Positions 10,616 through 21,314 are shown, counted from the first letter of the stretch. The stretch is DNA of 64,000 bases from an uncultured Gammaproteobacteria bacterium (GCA_963797555.1 CAWCPV010000002.1:96001-160000), one strand, 5' to 3'. Made by a program: numbers and translations. The notes: a model not told the origin generated them from the sequence alone.

Positions 10616-13600
10616 ATGATCTCGCACTTTTTTATCGACCGCCCCATCTTCTCGGCGGTCATCTCCATCGTCATCGCGATCGCCGGCCTCGTGGCGATGG
10701 TGCAACTGCCGATCGCCCAGTACCCCCAGATCACCCCGGTCCAGATCCAGGTGAGCGCGACCTATCCGGGCGCCAACGCCGACCTGGTAGCGCAGAACGT
10801 GGGTGCGCCCATCGAGGGGCAGGTGAACGGCGCCAACAACATGATCTACATGTCGTCCACCAGCGCCTCGACGGGCAACTACACTCTGACGGTCTACTTC
10901 ACGATCGGCACCGACCCGTCGCTGGCCCAGGTGGACGTGCAGAACCGGGTGAGCCAGGCGATGCCGCAGCTACCGCAGGCGGTGCAGACGCAGGGCGTCA
11001 ACGTCCAGCAGAGGACCCAGACCTTTCTCATGATCCTGGCGCTCTACTCGCCGGACGGGCGCTACAACGCGGACTACGTCGCGAACTACACGAATGTCTT
11101 CGTCCTTGATGCGATCAAGCGCATCCAGGGCGCGAACCAGACATCGATCTTCGGCGTCCCCGACTACGCCATGCGCATCTGGCTCAAGCCGGACCGGATG
11201 GCCCAGCTCGGCCTCACCACGAGCGACATTGCGAACGCGGTGTCCAAGCAGAACCAGCAATTCGCCGTCGGCCGCATCGGCGACTCGCCCACGCCCTACC
11301 CGGTAAAGCAGACCTTTCCGGTAACGACCAGCGGGGCCTTCACCGAGCCGTCGCAGTTCGAGAACATCATCCTGCGCGCCGAGAACCAGGCGGCCTCCAT
11401 CGTGCGGCTGAAGGATGTCGGGCACGCGGACCTCGGTCGCAAGAGCTACGCGCTGCGCACCGATTACCAGGGCAAGCCGGCGACGCTGATCGCGGTCTAC
11501 CAGCAGCCGGGCGCCAATGCCATCGAGGTCTCCAAGCAGGTGCGCGCCACCCTGGCGGAGCTGTCGAAAAGCTTCCCGGAGGGCCTCAAATACGACATCG
11601 CCCTCGACACTACCCGCTTCGTACAGGCTTCGATAACCGAGGTGATCCACACCTTCTTCGAGGCGGTCGTGCTAGTGGTGCTGGTGGTGTTCATATTCCT
11701 GCACAGCCTGCGGCTCACCATCATCCCGACCCTCGCGGTACCGGTGTCGATCCTCGGCGCCCTCGTCGGAATGCTGGCCTTCGGCTTCTCCATCAACATG
11801 CTGACCTTGTTCGGAATGATCCTCGCCATCGGCATCGTGGTGGATGACGCGATCGTGGTGGTCGAAAACACCGAGCGCAACATGGTCCAGTACGGTCTGT
11901 CGCCCGCGGACGCCGCCAAGCGCGCCATGGACGAGGTGACCGGGCCGGTCATCGCCATCGTGCTGGTGCTGAATGCCGTGTTCATTCCGGTGGCTTTCCT
12001 GGGCGGCATCACCGGCCAGCTCTACAAGCAGTTCGCCGTCACCATCGCCATCTCGGTGGTGTTTTCGGGCTTGGTCGCGCTCACCCTGTCGCCTGCGCTG
12101 GCGGCGCTGCTCATCCAGGCCAAGCACGGCGGGAAGAAGGGCTTCTTCAAGTGGTTCGACGACACCTTCGAACGCCTGACCAACGGTTACGTAAGGGGCG
12201 TGAAAGGGCTCATGAAGCGGTGGGGGCTGGGCCTGGTCGCTTTCGCCCTGGTCATCGCCGGTGCCGTTTGGCTGTTCAAGATCTGGCCCACCGCGTTCGT
12301 CCCGCAGGAGGACCAGGGTTACCTGTTAGTACCCTATTTCTTGCCCGACGCGGCGAGCCTGGACCGCACCGCCACCGTGGGACACCAGGCGGCCGCCTTC
12401 ATGAATAGCAGCCCCGCGGTGGCGAACGTAACCGAGGTCGACGGCTACAGCTTGATCGATTCCCAGAACAAGACCAACAACGGCGTGCTGTTCGTTTCGC
12501 TAAAGGACTACGGGCAGCGCAAGTCGGTGGCGTTGCAGGCGCCGGCGGTGATCGAGGAGGCGAGGAAGGCTTACGCCAACATCCAGGAGGGATTGGTCTT
12601 CCCGGTCAACCCGCCCGCGATCCCGGGACTCGGCGTCACCGCCGGCTTCCAGATGTGGATCCAGCAAAAGGGCGGCGGCAACTATGCGCAGCTTGCCAAT
12701 GTGGCGCGCGAAATCGTCGAGAAAGCGCGGGCGCGCCCCGAGTTGGCCGGCGTGAACACCACCATCAGCGCCACCAACCAGCAACTCCTCGCGGACGTGG
12801 ACCGCGAGAAGGCGGAGGTGCTCGGCGTCCCCGTGCAGGAGGTCTATAACACGCTGCAGACCATGTTCGGCTCGCTGTATGTGAGCCAGTTCCCCAAGGA
12901 CTCGCGCCTGTGGCAGGTCATCCTGCAGGCGGAGCCGCAATATCGGATGACTCCCGAAGACATCGGCCGCTTCTACGTCAAGAACCGCGAAGGCAAGATG
13001 GTACCGCTGTCCGCAGTGGTGACGACCCGCTACGTCAGCGGCCCGGACCTAGTGACGCGCTTCAACAACTACCCGGCGGTGCAGATCACCGGTGCCGCCA
13101 GCCCCGGCGTCAGCTCCGGCCAGTCGCTCGCAGCGATTCGGCAGGTCGCCGAAGAAGTGATGCCCGAGAACTACGGCTTCGAGTGGGCGGGAGAGGCGCG
13201 CGAGGAGGTGGCTTCGGGCTCGACTTCCGCCATCGCCTTCGTGTTCGGCTTGATTTTCGTGTTCCTGATTCTCGCCGCCCAGTACGAGAGCTGGTCGCTA
13301 CCGGTCGGCGTGATGATGGCGGTGCCCTTCGCCCTGCTCGGGGCCCTGGTCGCCATCGTGCTGCGGGGCATTCCCAACGACCTTTACTTCCAGATCGGCC
13401 TGCTCACGCTCATCGGGCTCGCGGCGAAGAACGCGATCCTGATCGTCGAGTTCGCCGTGGAGATGCATCGCAGGGAGGGAATGTCGTTCTTCGACGCTGC
13501 GGCGGAGGCAGCACGCCTGCGCCTGCGGCCCATCATCATGACTTCCTTCGCCTTCGTGCTGGGCACCGTGCCGCTCGCCATCGCGACAGGCGCCTCCGCC

Positions 13601-13813
13601 AACAGCCGGCATTCGATCGGCACGGGCGTCATCGGCGGCACTCTGGCGGCCACGCTCATCGCGATCTTCTTCATCCCGATGTTTTACTGGCTGCTGGAAA
13701 CCATGAGCGCAAAGCTCTTCGGCGCTGAAAAGGCAGCGCCGCCCGCCGCTCCGGCGCCGGGAGGCGGTGCGGCTGCAGCCACTGCCCCGCACGCGCCGCG
13801 AGAGGGCAACTGA
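10616..13813 (+). CDS. RND efflux inner-membrane transporter (HAE1; AcrB/MexB-like)
   Basis: 1065 aa; FFIDRPIFSAVI start, GIVVDDAIVVVEN, AKNAILIVEFA, RLRPIIMTS. Confidence 0.96.
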   Translation: MISHFFIDRPIFSAVISIVIAIAGLVAMVQLPIAQYPQITPVQIQVSATYPGANADLVAQNVGAPIEGQVNGANNMIYMSSTSASTGNYTLTVYFTIGTDPSLAQVDVQNRVSQAMPQLPQAVQTQGVNVQQRTQTFLMILALYSPDGRYNADYVANYTNVFVLDAIKRIQGANQTSIFGVPDYAMRIWLKPDRMAQLGLTTSDIANAVSKQNQQFAVGRIGDSPTPYPVKQTFPVTTSGAFTEPSQFENIILRAENQAASIVRLKDVGHADLGRKSYALRTDYQGKPATLIAVYQQPGANAIEVSKQVRATLAELSKSFPEGLKYDIALDTTRFVQASITEVIHTFFEAVVLVVLVVFIFLHSLRLTIIPTLAVPVSILGALVGMLAFGFSINMLTLFGMILAIGIVVDDAIVVVENTERNMVQYGLSPADAAKRAMDEVTGPVIAIVLVLNAVFIPVAFLGGITGQLYKQFAVTIAISVVFSGLVALTLSPALAALLIQAKHGGKKGFFKWFDDTFERLTNGYVRGVKGLMKRWGLGLVAFALVIAGAVWLFKIWPTAFVPQEDQGYLLVPYFLPDAASLDRTATVGHQAAAFMNSSPAVANVTEVDGYSLIDSQNKTNNGVLFVSLKDYGQRKSVALQAPAVIEEARKAYANIQEGLVFPVNPPAIPGLGVTAGFQMWIQQKGGGNYAQLANVAREIVEKARARPELAGVNTTISATNQQLLADVDREKAEVLGVPVQEVYNTLQTMFGSLYVSQFPKDSRLWQVILQAEPQYRMTPEDIGRFYVKNREGKMVPLSAVVTTRYVSGPDLVTRFNNYPAVQITGAASPGVSSGQSLAAIRQVAEEVMPENYGFEWAGEAREEVASGSTSAIAFVFGLIFVFLILAAQYESWSLPVGVMMAVPFALLGALVAIVLRGIPNDLYFQIGLLTLIGLAAKNAILIVEFAVEMHRREGMSFFDAAAEAARLRLRPIIMTSFAFVLGTVPLAIATGASANSRHSIGTGVIGGTLAATLIAIFFIPMFYWLLETMSAKLFGAEKAAPPAAPAPGGGAAAATAPHAPREGN

Positions 13814-13814
13814 C

Positions 13815-15497
13815 ATGCGCCGTTCGGTAGTGGCGGCGATCGTCTGCGCTCTACTGGCAGGCTGCATGGTCGGTCCGGACTACCGCCGCCCGAAGGTCGA
13901 CGTGCCGGCGTCCTTCCGCTTCGAGCCGAGCACGGTGGCAAACACGGTCAACGCCGAATGGTGGAAGCAGTTCGGTGACCCGGTGCTCGACCAGCTCATC
14001 GCCGGGGCGCTGGCCAACAACTGGAACGTCAAGATCGCCGCCGCGAACGTCGAAGCAGCCGCCGGCGTGCTGACCCAAACGCGGGCACCGCTGTTCCCGC
14101 AGCTCGGCTACAGCGGCCAAGGCGCTCGCCAGCGCCTGTCCGAGAGCACCGCCACACCGGTACCGGCGGGCGCAGCCAATCCGCAGAACACGTTCCAGGC
14201 GCTCGCCGGAGCGAGCTGGGAGATCGACCTGTGGGGACGCATCCGCCGGCTGTCCGAGGCGGCGCAGGCCAATCTGCTCGCCACGGAGGAAGCCCGGCGC
14301 GGGGTGATCCTGTCGCTGGTCGCCTCGGTGGCGGCCGACTACCTGCAGCTTCGCGGTCTCGACGAGCAACTGGCGATCTCGAAGCAGACGTTGGCCACCT
14401 ATGGCGCGTCGCTGGACCTGTTCGAGCTGCAGTTCAAGTACGGTCAGGTCTCGGAGATGACCGTCGCACAGGCCAAGTCGCAGTACGAGACCGCCGCCGC
14501 CCAGATCCCCGCGATCGAGCAGCAGATAGCTCAACTGGAGAATGCGCTATCGATCCTGCTCGGCCGCAACCCGGGAGCGATCCCGCGCGGCAAGACCATC
14601 TTGGCGCTCTCCCTGCCGGTCGTCCCGGCCGGCCTTCCGTCACAACTGCTGGAGCAGCGCCCCGACTTACTGCAGGCCGAGCAGCAGCTCATTGCCGCCA
14701 ACGCCCAGATCGGGGCTGCCAAGGCACTGTACTTCCCGACCATCTCGCTGACCGGCGCCTCCGGCAGCGTCAGCGCCTCCCTCTCGAAACTGTTTACGGG
14801 CCCGGCCAACGTCTGGAGCTTTGCCGGGTCTTTCACCGGCCCGATCTTCACCGCCGGGGCGATCAGCGGACAGGTGGCGCAGGCCGAGGCCGGGCAGAAG
14901 GCGGCGCTCTACAACTACCAGCAGTCGATCCAAAGCGCCTTTGCCGATGTATCGGACGCGCTGATCGCCCGGCAGAAGCTCGGCGAGCAAAGCAAGGCCC
15001 AGGAACAACTCGTACTGGCGCTACGTAATTACTCGCGCCTGGCGCGGATGCAGTACGACGGCGGCTATGCGCCGTATTTTGCGGTGCTGCAGGCCGAGCA
15101 GCAGCTCTTTCCGGCCGAGTTGAGCTGGGCGGCCACCCGTGCCTCGACCTTCGCGTCCCTGGTCCGTATCTATCAGGCGCTGGGTGGAGGATGGATCGAC
15201 GAGGCCGCGAAGCTTGATCGATTCCCAGAACAAGAGGCTGCCGACCTTCTTGCTTTTTCTGGGCCTGCTCGGGGGACTCGCGGTCTACGGGTTCCTGCGC
15301 ATCTTGATCGGTCCATTGATCGTCACGGTACTGGCAGCCTTCCTGGAGATCTGCCAGACGGAATACGCCGGACCGCCGCTGGGCAAGGACGCCGACCCGA
15401 CGGGCGGTCCCCATTGAAGGCTGAGCTTTACTTCCCCTCGCGCACCGCCGAGCCCAGCAGCACCGCCTGCGGTCCGAGCCCTGGGCGACTTGTCTAA
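13815..15497 (+). CDS. RND outer-membrane factor (OprM/NodT-like lipoprotein) with foreign C-terminal extension after 15214
   Basis: LAGC lipobox, SWEIDLWGR, LLEQRPD, YQALGGGW; natural end replaced by read-through into unrelated DNA. Confidence 0.88.
   Translation: MRRSVVAAIVCALLAGCMVGPDYRRPKVDVPASFRFEPSTVANTVNAEWWKQFGDPVLDQLIAGALANNWNVKIAAANVEAAAGVLTQTRAPLFPQLGYSGQGARQRLSESTATPVPAGAANPQNTFQALAGASWEIDLWGRIRRLSEAAQANLLATEEARRGVILSLVASVAADYLQLRGLDEQLAISKQTLATYGASLDLFELQFKYGQVSEMTVAQAKSQYETAAAQIPAIEQQIAQLENALSILLGRNPGAIPRGKTILALSLPVVPAGLPSQLLEQRPDLLQAEQQLIAANAQIGAAKALYFPTISLTGASGSVSASLSKLFTGPANVWSFAGSFTGPIFTAGAISGQVAQAEAGQKAALYNYQQSIQSAFADVSDALIARQKLGEQSKAQEQLVLALRNYSRLARMQYDGGYAPYFAVLQAEQQLFPAELSWAATRASTFASLVRIYQALGGGWIDEAAKLDRFPEQEAADLLAFSGPARGTRGLRVPAHLDRSIDRHGTGSLPGDLPDGIRRTAAGQGRRPDGRSPLKAELYFPSRTAEPSSTACGPSPGRLV
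14734..15214 (+). repeat. 481-bp direct repeat, copy 1 (3' part of OMF gene)
   Basis: Matches 17408-17888 with about 6 substitutions seen by eye. Confidence 0.95.
15215..15417 (+). pseudogene. C-terminal fragment of an AI-2E-family (YdiK/PerM-like) transporter
   Basis: RLPTFLLFLGLLGGLAVYGFLRILIGPLIVTVL resembles the AI-2E C-terminus. Confidence 0.55.
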
Positions 15498-15636
15498 CCG
15501 GGAGCCCCGGCATTTCGGTGCCTCACCCGTTATTTCGTGGGCGTGGGGTAGCGCGGGTAGCGGCAGGCTGCTCCGTTTCGGCCCAGGGTCTTCGACCCAA
15601 ACGGCTCGGGTACCGGAGCGGCGTACCGACGAAGGA

Positions 15637-15652
15637 TGGCATAGGGTATGCT
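15637..15652 (+). promoter_or_regulatory. Candidate sigma54 (-24/-12) promoter upstream of DUF3302-HlyD
   Basis: TGGCATAGGGTATGCT has exact GG-N10-GC spacing. Confidence 0.5.
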
Positions 15653-15819
15653 CTTCCACCCGCCGTGAGCGCGCCATGCGACACTCTTCGCATGGGACCC
15701 GAGCGGGTGCGCCCTGCGGCTAAACCCCCTCGCCAGGCAGCGCACGTAAATGGCCCACGAAAATAGCCCGCGGCCAGGTAAACGCGGGAATTCGACCCTT
15801 TCGGTAACGGAGCAGCCCA

Positions 15820-16158
15820 ATGGTATTGGACTATGTTGCACTGGGAATCCTGATCTTCGTCGTCATAGTGCTGTTCTATGGGATCATCGCGGTCCACGAC
15901 ATCCCTTACGAGATGGCGAAGCACCGCAACCATCCGCATCAGGACGCCATTCACGTGGCCGGATGGATTAGCCTGTTCACCCTCCACGTCATCTGGCCGT
16001 TCCTCTGGATCTGGGCCACCCTGTACCGCCCCGACCGCGGGTACGGCTTCAACCCGCAGGTCGACCACGCCGAGCTGCAACGTATGCGGGACGCCAATCA
16101 GGCCCTGGCGGCCCGCGTTGCGGCACTGGAGGGGCGAACGCACGAGGAGGGGGTGTAA
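15820..16158 (+). CDS. DUF3302-domain membrane protein (YiaW/YibI-like)
   Basis: HDIPYEMAKHRNHPHQDAIHVAGWISLFTLHVIWPFLWIWA motif. Confidence 0.88.
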   Translation: MVLDYVALGILIFVVIVLFYGIIAVHDIPYEMAKHRNHPHQDAIHVAGWISLFTLHVIWPFLWIWATLYRPDRGYGFNPQVDHAELQRMRDANQALAARVAALEGRTHEEGV

Positions 16159-17303
16159 TGGACCTGCTGCTTATCCTGACCTACGCGGCGCTCTGTTACG
16201 CCGCCTTCAAGGTCTTCAATATCCCCGTCAATAAGTGGACCGTGCCGACCGCCGTGCTGGGGGGCGTGGTTATCATCGCGACCATCCTGCTGTTCATGAG
16301 CTACAACCACCCGTTCACCCCGATGGCACGGTTCTACTTCATCACGGTACCTATAATTCCGGAGGTCGCGGGGCAGGTGACGGAGGTGCCAATCAGAGCG
16401 AACCTGCAGTTGAAGAAAGGGGACGTGCTGTTCAAGATCGACCCCGCGCCTTACCAGTACACGGTGGACCAAAAGCGGGCCGCGCTGGCTGAGGCCGAGC
16501 AGGAAGTCCCCCAACTCAAGGCCGCCGTCGACTCGGCCAACGCCAAGGTACAAGAGGTCACCGCCGAGCGCGACCGGGCGCGGTCGCAGTACAACCGTTA
16601 CGCGGAGGCCAACCGCCGCGCGGGCGTGAACAAACCGTTCTCCGAGCAACAGGTCGAGAACCAGCGCCAGCTCTACCTCGCCAAGGAAGGGGAGCTGGCG
16701 AGTGTCACGGCGAACGCGGAGCAGGCGAGGCTGGCCTCTGTATCGCAGATCGGCGGCGTGAACACCACCGTCGCCCAGCTTCAGGCCCAGCTTAGGGATG
16801 CGGAGCGCGACCTCGCCTATACGGTCGTGCGCGCGCCGACCGACGGGACCGTGCCCCTCGTCGGGCTGCGCCCGGGCATGCGGGTCGTCCCATTGCCACT
16901 ACGGCCGGTGCTGGCGTTCGTACCCACAGGGAACACCGTGTTCGCCGCCGCCTTCGTGCAGAACGCCATGCAGCGCGTGAAGACCGGCTACGATGCGGAG
17001 ATCGCTTTCGACGCCGTGCCGGGACGGGTGTTCCGGGGCAAGGTCGGCCGCATCATCGATGCGATGGTTCAGGGGGAGATCCAGGCCGGCGGCACCTTGA
17101 TAGACCCGGCGGCGCGGCCGTTGCCAGGAAGGGTGCTCGTCGAGATCCTCATCGAGGACGACCTTTCTCCCTATCAGCTTCCGCCGGGCAGCAGCGCACA
17201 GGTGGCGGTCTACAGCGAGCATGCGCATATGTTCGCAATCATTCGCAAGATCCTGCTGCGCATGAAGAGCTGGCAGAACTACGTGTTCATAGAGGGACAC
17301 TGA
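16158..17303 (+). CDS. HlyD-family secretion protein (YiaV/YibH-like)
   Basis: MDLLLILTYAA...IPVNKWTVPTAVLGG start, IIPEVAGQV, end RKILLRMKSWQNYVF; TAATG overlap with DUF3302. Confidence 0.9.
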   Translation: MDLLLILTYAALCYAAFKVFNIPVNKWTVPTAVLGGVVIIATILLFMSYNHPFTPMARFYFITVPIIPEVAGQVTEVPIRANLQLKKGDVLFKIDPAPYQYTVDQKRAALAEAEQEVPQLKAAVDSANAKVQEVTAERDRARSQYNRYAEANRRAGVNKPFSEQQVENQRQLYLAKEGELASVTANAEQARLASVSQIGGVNTTVAQLQAQLRDAERDLAYTVVRAPTDGTVPLVGLRPGMRVVPLPLRPVLAFVPTGNTVFAAAFVQNAMQRVKTGYDAEIAFDAVPGRVFRGKVGRIIDAMVQGEIQAGGTLIDPAARPLPGRVLVEILIEDDLSPYQLPPGSSAQVAVYSEHAHMFAIIRKILLRMKSWQNYVFIEGH

Positions 17304-17407
17304 CGTGGCGCTCGCTGGAACCGATGCTGGACGGGGGACAGCGGCTGGGAGGGTCAGCGGGCTCGTAGAGATGGGGTCGCCAACCGATGTCCTCGCGGGC
17401 GGCCCCC

Positions 17408-17925
17408 TCCCGACCATCTCGCTGACCGGCGCCTCTGGCAGCGTCAGCGCCTCCCTCTCGAAACTGTTTACGGGCCCGGCCAACGTCTGGAGCTTTGCCG
17501 GGTCTTTCACCGGCCCGATCTTCACCGCCGGGGCGATCAGCGGACAGGTGGCGCAGGCCGAGGCCGGGCAGAAGGCGGCGCTCTACAACTACCAGCAGTC
17601 GATCCAGAGCGCCTTTGCCGATGTATCGGACGCGCTGATCGCCCGGCAGAAGCTCGGCGAGCAAAGCAAGGCCCAGGAAGAACTCGTACTGGCGCTGCAT
17701 AATTACTCGCGCCTGGCGCGGATGCAGTACGACGGCGGCTATGCGCCGTATTTTGCGGTGCTGCAGGCCGAGCAGCAGCTCTTTCCGGCCGAGTTGAGCT
17801 GGGCGGCCACCCGTGCCTCGACCTTCGCGTCCCTGGTCCGTATCTACCAGGCGCTGGGTGGAGGATGGATCGACGAGGCCGCGAAGCTGACCGAGGCGCA
17901 GATTGCACCGGCCGCCTCGCGGTAG
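17408..17925 (+). pseudogene. Repeat copy 2 (17408-17888) plus the natural-looking OMF C-terminus; 5'-truncated gene fragment
   Basis: Near-identical to 14734-15214, then ...AKLTEAQIAPAASR* followed by a possible hairpin and T run (17915-17940). Confidence 0.85.
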
Positions 17926-18108
17926 ACACGCGGGGTTTTCTGCTTGCCGTGATGGTGCGATCGGCCAGCATCCCGGATGGCGTGAAGCGCGCGGTGCCGA
18001 CATAGGGCCGGCGGCGGGATCGGTCAATCGGACGCGAGTCAATTGCTATCGGAGCCGGCTGCGAGTAACATCGCAGCCTTGTTCAGGCCACTAACCGTTG
18101 GAGAAAAC

Positions 18109-18573
18109 ATGATGAAGCGAGTGAGCTATACGTTGCTGGCGGGCCTTTTGGTACTGCCCTTGCTGGGAGTGAACGGGAGCGCGCGGGCACAAGAAACGCC
18201 GCCATCTGCCACCTTCTCTTGCGAGACCACCTCTGTCGTAATCGGGATCGGGTTCTCTTGGGGCAAGTGCAAGATGGAGTACCAGGGCCATGAGTGTCTC
18301 TTCAAGATGGACGGGATGAGCCTGGTCGGCCTCGGCATCAGCAAGGCGGCATTGACCGGGAAAGTCTACAACATGAAGAATCTGGTCGACTTTGCAGGCG
18401 GATACAAGGCCGGCGGAGTAGGCCTGACCGTCATTGCCGGAGCCGGTGCCGCGAAGCTCAAGAATGACTCGGGCGTGGAGATCGATATCGCGACTCAGAC
18501 AGTGGGTGCAAAGTTCGAGGTCGGCGGCGGCGGCGTGACCGTCGCTCTGGATCCTTCGTGCTTCCAGGGCTAG
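18109..18573 (+). CDS. Exported Gly-rich beta protein (EipA/DUF1134-like)
   Basis: Signal peptide; IGIGFSWGKC, GKVYNMKNLVDFAGGY, LKNDSGVEI; GGAG RBS upstream. Confidence 0.6.
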   Translation: MMKRVSYTLLAGLLVLPLLGVNGSARAQETPPSATFSCETTSVVIGIGFSWGKCKMEYQGHECLFKMDGMSLVGLGISKAALTGKVYNMKNLVDFAGGYKAGGVGLTVIAGAGAAKLKNDSGVEIDIATQTVGAKFEVGGGGVTVALDPSCFQG

Positions 18574-19096
18574 TCTCCGGCGCCCGCTCCATCGCTTCCA
18601 CAGCGGACCTGTCGGGAGCGTGAGTCCGTTCTTGGCGCCTGGGCGGCGATGGCTGCCCAGGCGTCTTCGTATCTGAACCCGGGACTCGCGCGACGAATGG
18701 GGTAAGCCTGCACCGTCTGGGCAAAGGCATCACCGGGATGATCGGTGGATCTCTCTTTTGCCAGGTCGCGGAACTTCGTAGCGCTCCACGTGCGGGCGGT
18801 CCCAGTGGATCCATCTGCGGGCCTGAGACCGCGCTACCATGGGGCTCCACGGTCAAGAGTCGAGCGGCGTCGCTATCGGGCCACGGCAGATTTGTTCACA
18901 AGCCGTGTATCAGGGGCACCGAATGGCAGGCGGTGCTTCCCGGTGTCGGCATCGACGCGGTCCCACTCGCCCCCCGTTCAGCCCTTCAACCACCTCCACC
19001 ACGTAGCCGAGCTCGCGGTGCTTCGGGCAGCTTGTCTTGGACCGAAGTCCGCAACCGACAGTCGGTATGCCGGTCAAGCGGGCGAAAGCGGCTCAT

Positions 19097-20095
19097 TTAG
19101 AGGACCTGCTCCAGAGCACGCACCGCCTCTGGGCGGCCCGCGGCCACAAGCTCGTCGGCCGCTTCGAGCTGGGTAGCGCCAGGGGGGCGGAAGAGCATCT
19201 GTTCGCCCCGCTTGATGGCCAGAATGATCATGCCCTCTGCGGCTTCCATCAACTCCCGGAGGGGCTTCCCAATCCACTGGGAAGCAGGTGGAATGGTGAT
19301 GTCCTCAAGCAGCAACTCGGTGCTGCCGACGGAGAGCACCGTGTCGACGAACTCGACGGCGGTCGGCCGCATGGCGAGGTTGGCCATGCGCCTTCCGCCG
19401 ATCGTGTACGGAGAGATGATCCGGTTCGCGCCCGCCAGCCGGAGCTTCGGCTCTGCATCTTCACCGTTAGCGCGCGCAACGATGAACAACGTCGGCCTGA
19501 GCACCCGCGCCGACAGCGTTACAAATATGTTGTGCGCGTCGCTGTCGACGGCCGTCACCAGACCGCGTGCGCGTTCGATACCAGCCTCCTTGAGCACGTC
19601 GACGTTCGCGGCATCACCAGTGACCACCGCGTAGCCGGCCTTGCCAGCCAGATCCAAAGACTGCTGGTTGATGTCGATGACGACGAAACGGACTTTCTCG
19701 CCGGTGAACTCGCGGGCGATTTCCCGACCCACCCGCCCGAACCCGCACAGGATAAAATGGTTATCCAATCTGCTCACCCTCCGTCGCATCCGGCGGCCCC
19801 CGAAAGCGGCTGCGAGCTGCCCTTCGACAGCAAATTCCACAAAGCCGAGGAGCGCATAGAACACCACTCCTACCCCGAGGGCAATCAGTCCAATGGTGAA
19901 CGCGCGGCCCGCGGTACGGAGCGGATGCGCCTCCCCACCCCCCACCGTCGTGAGGGTGGTGACGGTCATGTAAAGGGCTTCGAACCAGTTCCAACCCTCG
20001 ATGAGCATGTAGCCGGCCACGCCCGTGGCGACCAGCGCCAGGACCAAACCGGCTGCTTTGAAGATACGCCAGGGTAGGAACGACCGGTCGCCCAT
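19097..20095 (-). CDS. 2-TM potassium channel-family protein with RCK (TrkA-N/C) domains
   Basis: ALYMTVTTLTTVGGGE pore helix/filter; ILCGFGRVG RCK motif; GANRIISPY. Confidence 0.88.
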   Translation of the reverse strand: MGDRSFLPWRIFKAAGLVLALVATGVAGYMLIEGWNWFEALYMTVTTLTTVGGGEAHPLRTAGRAFTIGLIALGVGVVFYALLGFVEFAVEGQLAAAFGGRRMRRRVSRLDNHFILCGFGRVGREIAREFTGEKVRFVVIDINQQSLDLAGKAGYAVVTGDAANVDVLKEAGIERARGLVTAVDSDAHNIFVTLSARVLRPTLFIVARANGEDAEPKLRLAGANRIISPYTIGGRRMANLAMRPTAVEFVDTVLSVGSTELLLEDITIPPASQWIGKPLRELMEAAEGMIILAIKRGEQMLFRPPGATQLEAADELVAAGRPEAVRALEQVL

Positions 20096-20448
20096 CCGCT
20101 CACGCCGAGAACACTGGCGTGAAGGCTAGCACGGCGCGTCTCGCACCCTCAAGATCGTTACCGCGTCGCGCTGGCGCCAAGCCCGCTGTACACGCGCGGG
20201 CTCTCGTGCATAAATCTGCTGCGCGTCCCGAGGGCGACATTGCCTGGTGCTCGCTCCGCGCCTATATTCTTGATACGTCTCGCCGCCGCGCTGGTGCTGC
20301 GCCTTGCTCTCGCACCGCTCGCGACGAGATCTTCACAAGCGCTCATTACAACTGCGTTTGCCGACGAGGCCACGCCCGTCTTCGGACGGGTCAACGAACG
20401 GGTGATAGCTGCGTCCCCACACTCAAGCGTAACCGAACGAAGCCCACA

Positions 20449-21279
20449 ATGCCCCCAGACATCTATGCCGTGCTGGGCAATCCCATTGCCCACAGCAAGT
20501 CGCCCCACATCCACGCGCTGTTCGCGCGTCAGACGGGCCAGGACATGGTCTATTCGGCCATCCTGGTCGAACGGGACGGCCTCGCCGACGCGCTCGACGC
20601 CTTCCATGCAGAAGGCGGCAAGGGCCTCAACATTACCCTGCCGTTCAAGAAAGAGGCATGGAAGCTGGTGGACGAGCGCAGCGCCCGCGCCGAGCAGGCC
20701 CGCGCGGTCAATACGGTGTCGTTTCGCGAAGACGGCCGTCGCCTGGGAGACAACACGGACGGCATCGGTCTGGTGAGGGATTTGAGGAACAACCTCGGCA
20801 CCGTCCTTCGGGGCAAGCGACTGCTCGTCCTGGGGGCCGGCGGGGCGGTGCGGGGCGTGCTGGGCCCCCTGCTCGAGGAAGAGCCGTTTCAAATCACCAT
20901 CGCCAACCGCACCCCCTGGAGGGCCGTGGATCTCGCCGGCGAATACGGCAAGTTAGGCCCAGTCATGGGCTGTGGGTATGATGCGCTCACCGACCAGCGC
21001 TTCGACATCCTCGTCAACGGCACTTCGGCCAGCCTGAGCGGTGAGGTTCCCCCCCTTCCCGATACCGTGATTGCTCCCGGCGGCTGCTGCTACGACATGA
21101 TGTACGGCAAGGACCCGACGGCCTTCCTGCGCTGGGCCATGGCCCGGGGCGCGTCGGTGGCCGCGGACGGCCTCGGGATGCTGGTGGAGCAGGCAGCCGA
21201 ATCGTTCTTCCTGTGGCGCGGGGTGCGGACGGACACCGCACCGGTCATTCGGGCCCTGCGGGACGGCATGGGAGCCTGA
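20449..21279 (+). CDS. aroE: Shikimate dehydrogenase
   Basis: GNPIAHSKSP, GLNITLPFK, AVNT, GDNTDG, GAGGA, YDMMY, DGLGMLVEQAA. Confidence 0.96.
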   Translation: MPPDIYAVLGNPIAHSKSPHIHALFARQTGQDMVYSAILVERDGLADALDAFHAEGGKGLNITLPFKKEAWKLVDERSARAEQARAVNTVSFREDGRRLGDNTDGIGLVRDLRNNLGTVLRGKRLLVLGAGGAVRGVLGPLLEEEPFQITIANRTPWRAVDLAGEYGKLGPVMGCGYDALTDQRFDILVNGTSASLSGEVPPLPDTVIAPGGCCYDMMYGKDPTAFLRWAMARGASVAADGLGMLVEQAAESFFLWRGVRTDTAPVIRALRDGMGA

Positions 21280-21314
21280 ACTCACGGCTTGGGCGGCTTG
21301 AACAACTCAGCCTA

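Noticed and set aside
18574-19096. Gene between the EipA-like gene and the K+ channel
   Set aside because: Short ORFs without recognisable motifs or RBS; possibly a decayed remnant, but unsupported
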